A stretch of 64,000 bases of DNA, taken from the NCBI GenBank assembly GCA_965285935.1, contig OZ260663.1, positions 102,982,001-103,046,000 on the forward strand, read 5' to 3'. The notes beneath the pieces are model-generated. The model saw nothing but the letters and a program-made list of their open reading frames with translations. It was not told where the DNA came from and searched no databases. The stretch's first letter is position 1. Each line of letters begins with the position of its first letter. Made by a program: the position numbers and the translations under genes. Shown here piece after piece: positions 52,301-63,669 of this stretch. The stretch comes from Ophelia neglecta. Its lineage: Eukaryota.

Positions 52301-54637
52301 ATTCTTACTTTGAAGGGAATCTGTCGTGAATTGCGACTGACAGGAAGCTTCCCAGAGTGCACAATAGAGGGACCGTCAAGCTCAGGCCAATATAGAAATA
52401 GGAGGGGCTGAAAAAAAATGTATTTGATATTAAACGCTAGCTAGAAAGGCTGGCATTTCAACCTGGGTGGGTAAACAGAAGCTGTCGCGTGTATGGTTAT
52501 CATCCTGAGTCGTAGGTGGTGGGTCTCGCTGTGGAAGGGGTAGGAAAGAGTACAGGGAGAGTGAACGTTATCTCAGAGCGTTATTTTCAGTATAATAATG
52601 AATGTCGATGAATGTGTCCTCCTTTGTATATATAGTGTTATTTTAGTCGAGGCAGCCTGGAAAATAGTTAGTTTCTATAATGACCTTTCCCATCAATTAT
52701 TTTTTTCAGATTTCCCTAACCAATGGCACATTTCCCGCCAAGGGTTTGATTTCGGAACCTCCAATTGCACACACGTACCTAAAGTGTTTGGAAGAACCCC
52801 CGCACCTGGAAATAAGGCTACTTCTTTTTTTTTCAAAATAGGTCGGGCCACAACTGGATTTTGAATAACACACCTATTTGCACGAATTATTTTTCTCCAG
52901 AAGTTGGGAAACAACATTTTTCTCTTCAAATATGACGAATACTATATTCCTAAGAATTCTTCTATTTGCATAATGCCAATAACGTTGTTTACTCACTGGC
53001 GTAACGCCGATGGCAGAGTTCACAAAAGTACTATATACTACTCACGGGTCTTTGAAGGAGAGTTGGAGGTAAATGTCGGCGGCATACATCAATGTCCACA
53101 TGAAGGTCACTCCATAAACGTACTGGTTGTATGCCTGCAAATACACAGTGACAGGTTTAACTGTAAATACTCGGCCCAAACAAGTCTCCAGCACCACCTC
53201 GACACCCCCCCCCCCCCCTCCTGTAAAAAAACCCTATTATATTCCCCTCCGCTAAGCAAAGGTTGTAGAAAAGGACAATAGGGAGCATCTCACCTCGACT
53301 ATATAGCCGAAGGTTAGCGTGACGTCACTGTGGAGCGCTGGGGTCCATATGTCGTTTGTTAAGTTGTACTCCGGGGGGCCAGTACACAGCATGGCAACCG
53401 CTCGGCCGATCACTCCTGGCCAAATAGGAAACTTTATTAACCCGCGAAATGCGATTATATATTCAGCTGTAACAAACAAATTCTTTTAATATTGTCTGTG
53501 TAATATGTATTACCAAGATTGAAGAAATCTTTAAAATATTGAGATTACTTCGTAAGATTGAAGTAGTTTTTATGCAATATACATTATGCAATGTAGAATG
53601 CTACTTTATCTACAGTGAGTAGTATACCTGCGCATGCCAGGACGTCCGCCACAGCGAGAGAGAAGACTACTAGTGGGTTCGGACTCGGTTTCCGACGCTG
53701 TTTGTATCCAGTGAGCAGGGGGCGCCACCTAACAAACAGTGATACAAAAGCTATGAAAAAATGTCCACTGACAGAGGGCGACTCCATAGAATAGCGCCAT
53801 TTCAAACAATCAACAAAGGGTTGGTTTAAACATAATCAACAAAGGGTTGGTTTAAACATAATCAATAAAGGGTTGGTTTAAACATAATAAACAAACAAAG
53901 GGTTGGTTTAAACATAATCAACAAAGGGTTGGTTTAAACATAATCAACAAAGGGTTGCATGTATGAGAAAAACTACATTGATAATGAAACGGAAATAAAA
54001 ATTGCAGAGGATTAAAGATTTTTTTTAAATCTAACACCCTGCAAATGTCGAAGATATTATTTCCTTCGCGGACGAGTGGTAAGGGTGTCCGCCTCGCAAG
54101 TGGGAAATTGGGGTTCGAAGCTCGATCGCGTCAAACCTAAGACGTAAAAGTAGGTACTGATAGCTCCCCTGCCAGGCGCCCGGTATTCCGGGTGTAGTAT
54201 CAGGACTGGTAAACCCAGTGTCAGTATAATGTGACTGGGTGGGGTTCCCTGTCTGGTGTCTACGGCAGGTACTCCAGTGAGGCAGCACTCTAAAGAGGGC
54301 ATTGGGCCCCCTGTCACAAGTAGGCACTGTGCCGATATGACCGATAAATGTTGAAAGCCACGTAAAACCCCAAAAAACAACAACGACTCGTGAACTAATA
54401 CTGTACTACTATGTTCATACTAGAATAATACAGACGCACTTACGTATCAGTAGAACACATTTATACTTACATGTGTATTATTGTTTATTTATATTCTTAC
54501 CTATACACCTGCCAGAGGCCTCCGAGCAGCCCGAGGGAGGCGAAACCGATACACAGCCCACAGTATATCTTCCGTTTATCATCCGGGAGCTTGTCCTCGG
54601 GTATACAGAAGAACGCTGCATCCTGCATAGACGCCAT
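46373..54637 (-). CDS. GPR143: GPR143 / ocular albinism type 1-like GPCR, 9 coding exons, 330 aa, open reading frame intact
   Basis: Exons on the minus strand: 54637-54501 (MASMQDAAFFC..LCIGFASLGLLGGLWQ), 53728-53628 (SLAVADVLACAG), 53415-53294, 53134-53046 (QYVYGVTFMWTLMYAADIYL), 52407-52309 (TM4), 51535-51456 (CAGG..IFHYLFNYL), 49992-49887 (GIVSSHNQ..RKFLAVVFIFTIC), 47031-46929 (WIPNVID), 46528-46373 (AVLNPLQGLLN, TGA). Phases are consistent and the exons sum to 993 nt. Seven hydrophobic segments match recalled GPR143 motifs (MASP..FC, DLLGCLG, YAVDAY, HYVTMY, CWLSN, ILNPAQG). Confidence 0.85.
48067..48209. repeat. Long palindromic (foldback) element, possibly Crypton-derived
   Basis: Arms 48075-48119 and 48159-48203 match 39/45 as inverted repeats; centre CGAGGCCGGTAGGCCGAG. 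Confidence 0.75.
48408..48572. mobile_element. Tc1/mariner-type MITE (second family)
   Basis: TIR CAGTGGTCCCTGC(G/A)ATGTAGG at both ends; TA on the right flank. Confidence 0.65.
50438..50957. mobile_element. Academ-like non-autonomous element (TAG...CTA termini)
   Basis: TAGTCT ... AGACTA ends with nested inverted repeats (GCCAAGTGCC/GGCACTTGGC; CGGCAACCTTCGG/CCGAAGATTGCCG). GC-rich against the surrounding intron. TSD not exact. Confidence 0.45.
51735..52133. repeat. Degenerate (ATATTACCT/GATATTAC)n simple repeat
   Basis: Many ATATTACCTAT units. Confidence 0.85.
53808..53956. repeat. 26-bp minisatellite, about 5.5 copies
   Basis: Unit AATCAACAAAGGGTTGGTTTAAACAT. Confidence 0.9.
54063..54384 (+). 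mobile_element. tRNA-derived V-SINE-like element, near full length
   Basis: A-box-like GAGTGGTAAGG, B box GGTTCGAAGC (54112-54121), V-domain-like GTCAAACCTAAGACGTAAAAGTAGGTACTGATAGCTCCCCTGCCAGGCGC, and an AAC-rich tail. Confidence 0.85.
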
Positions 54638-54955
54638 GGTAACCACGTCCTCGGTCTTAAGGTATTGTGTCAACTAGCTAATTGAGTCAGTGGGGGAAAT
54701 AGACAGGGGATGACTAGTCCAAGCCTACTGCCTTCAATGGTGGGCGACTAGAATGTTCCAAAAAGGTAGAAACGTCTTCCTCGGCAATATTTCATGATCT
54801 GGGACCCTATATCATTTTGGGTAGCATTCACCAATGCTGGCTGTCGCGAGTAGCTAAAACAAATGCCATTGATTCACTAAAGTAAATAGATGGAAACCCG
54901 AATAAAGCCTTACAGAATCACGAGTGTATACTTGTCAGGAAAGCGATTTCACCGG

Positions 54956-55114
54956 CAGTGGCGGATCCGGGATTTCAGGAAGGGTGGGGGGGGGGGGGAT
55001 TTTTCAAGGATGACAAGGCAAACGTCTGAATTGTCCCCGTTACCAACTGTTTAAAAGCATCTTGCGTGGGTCCAGAAATAGGCCCTGGTCCGGGCCCCCC
55101 TAAATCCGCCACTG
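54956..55114. mobile_element. hAT-like MITE with a 5-bp TSD
   Basis: CAGTGGCGGAT ... ATCCGCCACTG; ACCGG on both flanks; internally similar to 62192-62390. Confidence 0.7.
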
Positions 55115-56674
55115 ACCGGGGATGTTAAATCTGTACTCAGTGTCAGAGCCATGCGAGCGGCGAACTGAACTTTAATTTGTTTATCAGTAGATTACAGCCC
55201 TGAGGCGTACAGTACATTGACTTTGTGTAAAGGGCGAAATCGAAATCTGGGGCTAAAGCAGCATTGGCGTCTTAATATCGGTTACTATGAACATTATCTT
55301 ACCCCAAACCTAGCCAATTTATGCACTGGACAAACTTGGGATCAATGCGATAAGATCGGGTTATAAAATGACAGTTATTTTAATCTTTTTTTTTTGCTTA
55401 TAATGCGGCTTTGGCCATAGATTTTCCTTTTGCCGTTTACAGAAAGCCGGTACATACCAGATTCAGGTCTCCTGAATGGGGCGCTTCACATAATGTCAGG
55501 TATGGATGTCCGCGATATAAATGTTGCACATCCAAATCCACTCTATGACCTTATCTAGAGCGCTACATGCATAAATGGCGTCTCTCCACTTGTCAAATAA
55601 ATATTATAGCCTTGTTATTCCTTTGAAGATAGCCAGTTCAAGTAGTTGTAATTTCATTAGTACTGAAAAGACCATAGGTCCATGGTACACATACACATAC
55701 AACATGTTTTGATGTGTAGGTATTGTTGTCATTACCGACTTGAGATATTTATTGACTAGTACTCAGTACCTTCGAGAAAGCCCGTGTTTGTCAATCTGCA
55801 AGCCTCGTCCTGAGGTGTCGGTAGTGACTGTTATTATCTGTAACTCGGTCAGGTACGTCGAGGACTAGAGTTGTTGACACGTCTGTGTACACCAGTGTCA
55901 GTGTAAACATCTGCTGTTAATAACAATTATAAACATGTCAAGGGAGGAATGTATTGTATGCCAAAGAGGATTAAAATAAATGGACTCGGATGTGTGGTGG
56001 TCCTTGGGGGTTGGGGGGGGGGGATTGCAGGATGGATTGGGGGGGGGGGTGTCAGGTTTGAGTGTAGGGTGGAAGGGCGGGGTGGGCGGGTAAGGTTTTA
56101 TTTAAGGCTTTCGTGTGTGTGTGTGGGGGGGGGGGGGGGGGGTACGGAGGTGTCTCGTGAAACTAGGAAGTAAAGGGAGGGGCTTTTAAACACAAGGCCA
56201 ATAGGTTGGGTTGCTCGAAAATATAACGTCTAAAAGCGAGGACCTATAGCTTCAAAAGCGGGGTTCTAAAGAGAGGAGCATACTGGTAGGGTAAATGTAG
56301 GTGTGGATCCGTTGGGAAGGGAATCTAAAACTTGAGGTTAATGTTTTCAGGAATAATTGTCCTATAAGTTACGATATAATCATTGTTATGGATAAAAGTA
56401 TCATTGTATCTTTGTAAGTATTATATGTTGGTTGGGGAGGTGGAGCATTAATATCTGGCTACGAGTTCTAAGCTGTGTCCATGAACTGTTAGGTCATGGA
56501 AACACTTTCCTTTGACAATGGGTCCGCATAACCCTCTCCTCCCTTAAACCAGTCAACAATAACGTTACGTGAGCGATTTTATGGCGGTGAATAGTCATTC
56601 ACCATAAAAAGTCGCAATAGAAAAGGATATTTCATTGAGAGTGGGACAAAGGATACAAGTTAAGCTAGTGGTCA

Positions 56675-59098
56675 ATGGTCAATGGTTTAAATAGTTTTAT
56701 GCATGCTCTAGATTTTGTTCAGATTATTAAGGAGCCTACACGGGTAACTGATAGCAGTTCTAGTTGTATTGATCTCATTGTTGTGTCTGATAAAGACAAA
56801 ATCTCATGTTCTGGGGTATTACCCATTGGTATAAGTGACCACATGGTGACATTTTGCACTCGTAAGGTTAGCAGAGGCAAATTTGGTTGTCATAATAATG
56901 TATCTGTTAGGTCTATGGTAAATTATAGCCCTGATTGTTTTGTGCAGAGGCTTCAGCGTATTGACTGGTCTGCAGTTACCAATTGTAGCTGTGTTGATAC
57001 TGCATGTGACATTTTTAATAAATTGTTTCTATCTGTTCTAAATGAAATAGCTCCTGTCAAAAGTGTAAGATTAAAACAGAAAAGTGAGCCATGGTTTGAC
57101 GGTGAGATACGAGATGTGATTATAACTAGAGATCGAGCCTTGGTAAAATCTAGAAAATCAGGCAAACAGGATGATTACCAATGGTTTAAGTATTTAAGAA
57201 ACTTAGCACAAAAGAAGGTCAAGCTTGCAAAATCTTCTTATGTTAAAAATCACATTGAGGAAAATGTCAACAGCAGTAAATCTTTATGGAAATGTTTAAA
57301 AAATCTTGGTTTATCTCCTCAATCAAAGAGTACTCAGTCTAGGGTGGTGCTGCGCTCGGATACTGATGATTTGCTATTTGATGATGCTGGAGTTGCCAGC
57401 CGTTTCAATTCATTTTTTTGTAATGTAGCTTCCAGCCTGGTGCAAAAACTTCCTTCGTGCTGTAGCAGTTTTGAATTTGATGTAGATGAATATTATGATT
57501 CTAAAGGTATACAAAAGAACAGGTTCTCTTTGCAAAAGGTTGATTGTGAAACAGTTCGTAATCTGTTACGGGGCATTAATGTTAAGAAGGCAACTGGTCT
57601 TGATGACATTCCTTCTAGGTTTTTGAAAGATGCTGCTGATGTAGTAACTGATTCCATCACTTTTATTATGAATTTGTCAATTGAGACCTCTAGTGTACCT
57701 GTAAACTACAAAAAGGCAAAGGTTGTTCCCCTTTATAAGAAGGGAGATTCTTGTGACCCGGGTAATTATAGACCCGTTTCCATACTGCCTGTCTTGTCTA
57801 AGATACTTGAACGTGTTATTTATAATCAAGTGGATAAATATTTGCTCAAATCCAATATTTTGTATCAATATCAATCAGGTTTTAGATGTAGATTTTCTAC
57901 TGAAACTGCTTTGATTAGTTTGTCAGATATAATTAAATTAAATATGGACAACGGTGATTTAACTGGAATGCTGTTAATCGATTTGCAAAAAGCATTCGAT
58001 ACTGTAAACCATGAAATTCTGCTTGGTAAATTGGAGGCTGTCGGTTTAGATGGTGTATCAATTGCATGGTTTTCTTCTTATTTAAAAGACAGAAGTCAAA
58101 GAGTTTTTTCAAATGGAACATTTTCTAGTGACATGTCAATAACTTGTGGTGTGCCACAGGGGTCCATTCTTGGCCCGCTTTTATTCTTAATCTATGTCAA
58201 TGATATGCCAGGGTCTGTTAAGTGTAAGCTGTTCTTGTATGCTGACGATTCGGCGCTGTTGGTATCAGGGAAAGATATTTCTGTAATCGAACAACAACTT
58301 GGTGCTGAACTCGAGGCTCTAAGTCAATGGCTACTGTCAAACAAATTGTCTCTGCACATTGGTAAGACAGAGAGCATCCTGTTTGGCTCTAAAAGGAAAC
58401 TGTCAAAATTTTCACAATTAAATATTATGTTCAAAGGTAATTATTTGAATTCTAAAACCAGTGTGAAATATCTTGGTGCCTTATTGGATAACCAAATGAG
58501 CGGTACGGGTATGGCTGAAGCTGTGATCAAACGTGTCAATATGAGACTCAAATTCTTATATAGAAAAAAAGGTTTTTTGACTCATGCTCTGAGAAAAACT
58601 CTCTGTAGTGCTCTAATTCAACCTCATTTTGACTATGCAGCATCCTATTGGTTTAATGGGGCTAATAAAAAGTCCAAGGTCATGTTACAAACCGCCCAGA
58701 ATAAGTTAATTCGATTTATTGGTGACCTTGGATCAAGGCAGCATATCGACTATAGCCATTTTAGTAAATTGGGCTGGTTGAATGTACAAAGTAGAGTTGA
58801 CTATAATATTTTATGTCTTATGTTCAAGTGCCTTTCTGGTAAAGCCCCTGAATACTTGTGTAATCATTCTAGGGTTAATCATTCTCACCGCACTAGGGGC
58901 AGTGTGCATAATGTTATTTTACCTAGGGTTGGCTCGTTTGGGCAGTCTAGCTTTTTCTATGTTGGCGCCAAATTATGGAACAATTTGCCAGTAAATATAA
59001 AATCATCAAGTGGATTATCCCAGTTTAAACTCAGTCTGAAAAGATTGTATATGAGTCGCATGCATAATAGTGAATTATCAGATTTTGTATTTTTCTAG
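56675..59098 (+). CDS. LINE ORF2 remnant: C-terminal end of an AP endonuclease plus a complete reverse transcriptase (807 aa)
   Basis: EPTR..IDLI..SDH (endonuclease end), KATGLDDIP, NYRPVSIL, DLQKAFDTVNH, GVPQGSILGPLLF, LYADD, KYLG. No stops. Confidence 0.9.
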   Translation: MVNGLNSFMHALDFVQIIKEPTRVTDSSSSCIDLIVVSDKDKISCSGVLPIGISDHMVTFCTRKVSRGKFGCHNNVSVRSMVNYSPDCFVQRLQRIDWSAVTNCSCVDTACDIFNKLFLSVLNEIAPVKSVRLKQKSEPWFDGEIRDVIITRDRALVKSRKSGKQDDYQWFKYLRNLAQKKVKLAKSSYVKNHIEENVNSSKSLWKCLKNLGLSPQSKSTQSRVVLRSDTDDLLFDDAGVASRFNSFFCNVASSLVQKLPSCCSSFEFDVDEYYDSKGIQKNRFSLQKVDCETVRNLLRGINVKKATGLDDIPSRFLKDAADVVTDSITFIMNLSIETSSVPVNYKKAKVVPLYKKGDSCDPGNYRPVSILPVLSKILERVIYNQVDKYLLKSNILYQYQSGFRCRFSTETALISLSDIIKLNMDNGDLTGMLLIDLQKAFDTVNHEILLGKLEAVGLDGVSIAWFSSYLKDRSQRVFSNGTFSSDMSITCGVPQGSILGPLLFLIYVNDMPGSVKCKLFLYADDSALLVSGKDISVIEQQLGAELEALSQWLLSNKLSLHIGKTESILFGSKRKLSKFSQLNIMFKGNYLNSKTSVKYLGALLDNQMSGTGMAEAVIKRVNMRLKFLYRKKGFLTHALRKTLCSALIQPHFDYAASYWFNGANKKSKVMLQTAQNKLIRFIGDLGSRQHIDYSHFSKLGWLNVQSRVDYNILCLMFKCLSGKAPEYLCNHSRVNHSHRTRGSVHNVILPRVGSFGQSSFFYVGAKLWNNLPVNIKSSSGLSQFKLSLKRLYMSRMHNSELSDFVFF

Positions 59099-59409
59099 TC
59101 ATTATGTGATTGCACATGTATGTGATATATATTTATTTGATTTGGCATGTGTATCCTATGTAATTCACTTGGCATGTGGGGAAATTGGTTTTACTGGCAT
59201 CTGTATCTATTTGAGGGACCACTATGGAAATAAGACTCTTCTAGAGACTTTATGGTGTCATCCTGTTTCGTATGTGATATAGTGTCTACAAAGGCATTTC
59301 CTATGTGCCAGAGCTTTCTGCTGTGATATACTTGCCTCCTTTGTTTTTACACTAGTCATTTTATGTATTTTTATTTGTACGAAACAAAAATAAATCAATC
59401 AATCAATCA
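56675..59409 (+). mobile_element. 5'-truncated non-LTR retrotransposon of the CR1 group (L2/Crack/Daphne-like)
   Basis: Uninterrupted ORF2 at 56675-59098, a 3' UTR with a stem-loop-like segment at about 59215-59263, AATAAA at 59389 and an (ATCA)n tail to 59409. No clear TSD. Confidence 0.92.
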
Positions 59410-62191
59410 GTGCTAAACAGTTTGCAAGGTGTGGATGCAGCACCCACTTTATCATCCTGTCCCATCGTAAAACCCACACAAACATCCCTCCCCCATCAAG
59501 GAGTTGTTTGATTCCAAGACCCTACAGCATCACATATATTAGGCCCCCTCCCCCCACCCCCCGACCGCACACACACACTAACGTCTAGTTGGAGGCTCTC
59601 ATAGTAGCTAAATTTTCATCGGCAAAAAGATAGGGAGATAATAACAACATATCAAAGGCTTTTGATTAAAAGCGGAGGCGCGGAGGTAAATTCCCAGATT
59701 AGAAAAGAGCGCTAGACCCATTAAACCTGTTTCTAACCCTTTCCCTAACACTTAAATCAACCCTCCAATATAACCCTTGCCTTGCCGATGACTTTTCGCT
59801 TTGTGTCACTCTGGAATACCCATGACCTCGGCCTTCGCATAGCCTCCGCACTACAGCGTTTAATCAATAGCCCATAACAAATCCTTGAAACAAAATAATG
59901 GTTAATATGCATGCAAGTTGGCCCAATGTCTAATACTTACTAAGCATGTAAAAATAATGATTATTGTTTAGGAGGAAGTCAAATAAAACTTACATTTGGT
60001 GTTAAGGGGGAACTGAGTGTAAAAATCCAATCACAAATATTGTATTCCGTATAACCGGAGATGTATACATGCATCTCTGGTATTACTGTTTATATCCATT
60101 TTGACTGCAATCCTAATGTTAATCAGACATTCGTGCATTGCATTAAAATCTTAACACGATACACAGGAACTTGTCGTCTGATCTGGTGATTGCGATCAGA
60201 GAATAAAACAACGCTAGCTACCCTCTTATAACCGCCTTATCATGAGTTATATAACGATACTTGAAGTGGCGTCATCTCTATTGCAGTACGGATAGGTATC
60301 AAACGAAAAGCTCCCGTGACCTGATACACTGAAGTGCACACGCCTAGTACTATGTAAGAAGTGAGGAAATGCAATTCACAGTCATTGTGCTAGAATATGA
60401 AAGATTGTGAAATTGGGTAGGCGTTAAAATGCAGTCCCTGTTGGCCGTTAATGCAAGCCAGTTGCGGTATAGCCATCCACGAAGAGAGATATTGTCCTTG
60501 TTGGGTCTATTCTTTCCAATAATCAACTTGTCTATCGGCTCATAGGATTATTTCAGAGAATTGTAAACAACTCGTACAATATCACTTTCATATAATTCAT
60601 ATGCACTAACCTGATCAATGTGTCATTCTGCGCAGATAATCTTCAGTTTTACGTCTCCTCGCAGCTACTTGTGCAAATACCACCCTTTATAGGTGTCAAT
60701 TATCATCCTACCTGTCACATGCAGTACTGAAACCGGAAAATTCCTGCGGGGGGGGGGGGTCTATATCTAGTCTTTAAAACGCTAAAACTAGCTAAGTTTC
60801 ATAGCTCTAGGTCCATATCCAATGTCATAATGGTTGGCTATAGGTTACTTGGGACAATAGAGCTATGGAGCGAACCATCTAGTCGCTGCGGTGACAGCCG
60901 AACTTTTTCCACCTACCGAAAGGCGCTATTTTGCCGGCTCTATAGAGGAGTCACACGAACTTACTTGAACAAATAAACAATCGATTCATCATGGTCGATT
61001 CAGTGTAATAAATTCATATCTGTATGTAAATAAACGTTTTTCACAGACTATGAAATGCTGTCTGCAGGTTCAAATATAGCCAAAACATGCTTGTTAATGA
61101 CCTGTTAATACCCTCCTCGCACATTTATTCATGCCCCCCGGCCCTGTAATACATTGAAGTTAACCTCCCGTAACACAACAGCCGACATTTCGTCCCCATA
61201 TTAACTTTAATCGTTAAACACAGATCCCCTTAAAATGGTCCCCTTGACTACTATAAAAAAACACCTAAAACTAAAATCTAGCGGAAACTTTCGCGTGTAC
61301 GTTTATGTGCAGGACCCTCAGTGCTTAATTATAAGTGCGTAATTACTTGCAATTTTCATTAAATTCTCAAACAATTGGGGATATTCATACTAGCGGGATG
61401 TCCCGAGAAACTATTATATTTTGAAGATAAATGAATGTGACGAAACCTATCAACAGCATAGCTTATTTGCTACCCTGCCCACAGTGGTTATAGTTCCGTT
61501 ACTCACTAACTTGGAGGATATTGGTACTGTGAGCAGGCTATTTATTTGCGAGAATATAGTAACACATTGTAGGTTATCTATACACGACTTTGCAGTATTA
61601 AATCCGCCCTGCGTAACGTTACTGAGGCCCGGTGGTTTATAATGGTACTTTATAGCTGGGAGTAATATTCTATTAAGGTCTCTATTAATAATTAAATAAA
61701 TAATTGTACTCTGCAGTAGACAAGAAAATAGTGTTGTTTCTGAGAGTTACTTAGTGTTTTCATAGTTTCGTTACAATAACTGTCCATTGAATATCATAAA
61801 GATGGAACAGGTATGTATATTGGAAAATTGGGCCATGCCGGTTACATGGGTGAGTTATTAAGAGCCAGGATTTACAAGCATGGGGTATTTCTTCATGGAT
61901 GGGTCTGGCATTCAGAACCTAATCGGTACCTCCCCTTCTAAATGATGTGGAGTCCCCCCCCCCTCCCGGGGGGCCGACAACATGCCTATTATTACTTTGA
62001 CTTCAGATTTTAATGATTAGTGTGGATAACAAAATCATTGTTTTTTGTTTTCTCTCGAGAGTATTATAACGGTTTCCAGGACTTTAGTTATCCGTACAAC
62101 AAAACCTCAGCCATTGTCGTTTATATAATAGACAAAAAGAATCGCGATGCGTTCTGACCGCCACCTTCAGGTGAATAAAACATCTACAGTG

Positions 62192-62390
62192 CAGTGGCGA
62201 ATCCAGGATTTCAGGAAGGGGGGCCGCAAATTTTCCAAAGTTGATTAGACAAATGTCTGGATTGTTGCCGGTACCAACCCTCTGAAACCACCTTGCGTAG
62301 GCCCGGAAATAGGCCCTGGTCCGGGCCCAATTTTTGGCAAAAAGGGGGGACCCGGGCCCCCTGCCCCCCCCCCCCCTAAATCTGCCACTG
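62192..62390. mobile_element. hAT-like MITE, same family as 54956-55114
   Basis: CAGTGGCGAAT ... ATCTGCCACTG; shared internal GAAATAGGCCCTGGTCCGGGCCC. Confidence 0.7.
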
Positions 62391-62489
62391 ACAATGGCAG
62401 CTTCCATTATAAACTAATCTACCTCGAGTAGGCTATAAAACATTCATCTGAAAGAAAACAAACATATTGTAAAATCGAAATGTACTCAC

Positions 62490-62730
62490 CTGATCCGTGT
62501 TAAATATTAGACATACCATCACAGCCAGCCATTCAGCTCCGTGTACAGTTATATGCTGTTATAATATCGTGTCTTGCTATCCTCCACGTTGACTCCCATG
62601 ACACCTCAACGTTGTCCCCAATGACCCCTACCGCATAGCCCTCCTCAAAGTCATCTGATTGTTATTCAGCCCGACTGTGATTGGTGCTCTTCCATAAAAT
62701 GTTTGGCGGGGGGTGGGAGGGGAGGGGGGA
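62490..62730 (-). promoter_or_regulatory. Candidate promoter and non-coding first exon, possibly of GPR143
   Basis: Strong minus-strand donor CAG/gtgagt at 62490/62489, CCAAT at 62684-62680 and a GC-rich tract at about 62705-62729. No transcript evidence. Confidence 0.25.
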
Positions 62731-63329
62731 CAAAATAACAGGGATATCGCCCATGAGTCATTCAGATGGCACTCGCGCCCTTCCACACCCAGGCCTAGTC
62801 CCAGGATCCCAGGAGGACGTGTTCCAGATTAACTTTTATTACATATTAACCAATTAAGTCCAGTCCACACTATTAATAATAAGTATCCATGTTATCGCTA
62901 GTTTGATAACTAGTCCATCACTGAGCCCGATAACCAGGTCGAAAATATAGCCTCCGGGGGGGGGGGGGGGTGTCGACGGGGTGTGCCGCCGGGTTTCGAA
63001 AACCAGACCTACTCATTTAAAAACCAAATGAAATATTATGTAAGCAGCCATGCATAATTTAGGTAAAAAACATGCATGAAACTGGCTCCAAGATAGTATT
63101 TACTTGTCTATTTCAATGAAAACAGGTTAGGTGAGACAATATTCTACCATTCTAGTATAACAATCTTGAAAACATACCCATTAATGTAATGAAAATCGGC
63201 CCCATACAAGCAAAATCATGTTCTGAAAAACCCTACGATATGTAAGCGGTACAAGCCGTTTACCTTAACATGGCAGTAAAATCTTCTAGCCCCCCCCCCT
63301 CATTTTGCCAGTGATGTGCACCTTGTGGG

Positions 63330-63669
63330 CCCCGGGGGGGGGGGGGGGGGGCACTCTGTATACTGGGGTTATTACATATGTGCCGCCGTTTCGACCCCCC
63401 TTTTTCGACCTATGTAGGATTTCGACCCCCTGTTTTTTACCTACATGTAGAATTTCGACCCTGTTTTTAGCATACGTACGACTTGATTGAAATGTAGAAT
63501 TTCGACCCCTATATTTGGTTGAAATATAGAGTTTTGACCCCTATATCTGGCTGATATGTAAATATCGACCCCTGTTTTCAGCAATTTTGTAGAGTTTGCG
63601 CCTGTGATTTGAAGACTGGGTGGCACATATGTACCAATTTCCAGACTGAGTGCCCCCCCCCCCCCCGGG
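63330..63669. mobile_element. MITE with CCCGGG(G)n-CACTC termini and an 8-bp TSD
   Basis: TSD CTTGTGGG at 63322-63329 and 63670-63677; internal TGTAGAATTTCGACCC repeats about 30 bp apart. Confidence 0.7.

Noticed and set aside
52463-52528. Phase-compatible 66-nt candidate GPR143 exon (ETHHLRLRMITIHATASVYPP)
   Set aside because: Weak donor (gttgaa) and not a convincing TM helix; exon 52407-52309 supplies TM4 with strong splice sites.
54063-54135. tRNA gene
   Set aside because: A and B boxes are present but there is no complete cloverleaf; it is the head of a SINE.
56675-59098. RT as part of a retron, DGR or domesticated system
   Set aside because: It has an ordinary LINE endonuclease remnant, 3' UTR and microsatellite tail, with no associated ncRNA or accessory gene.
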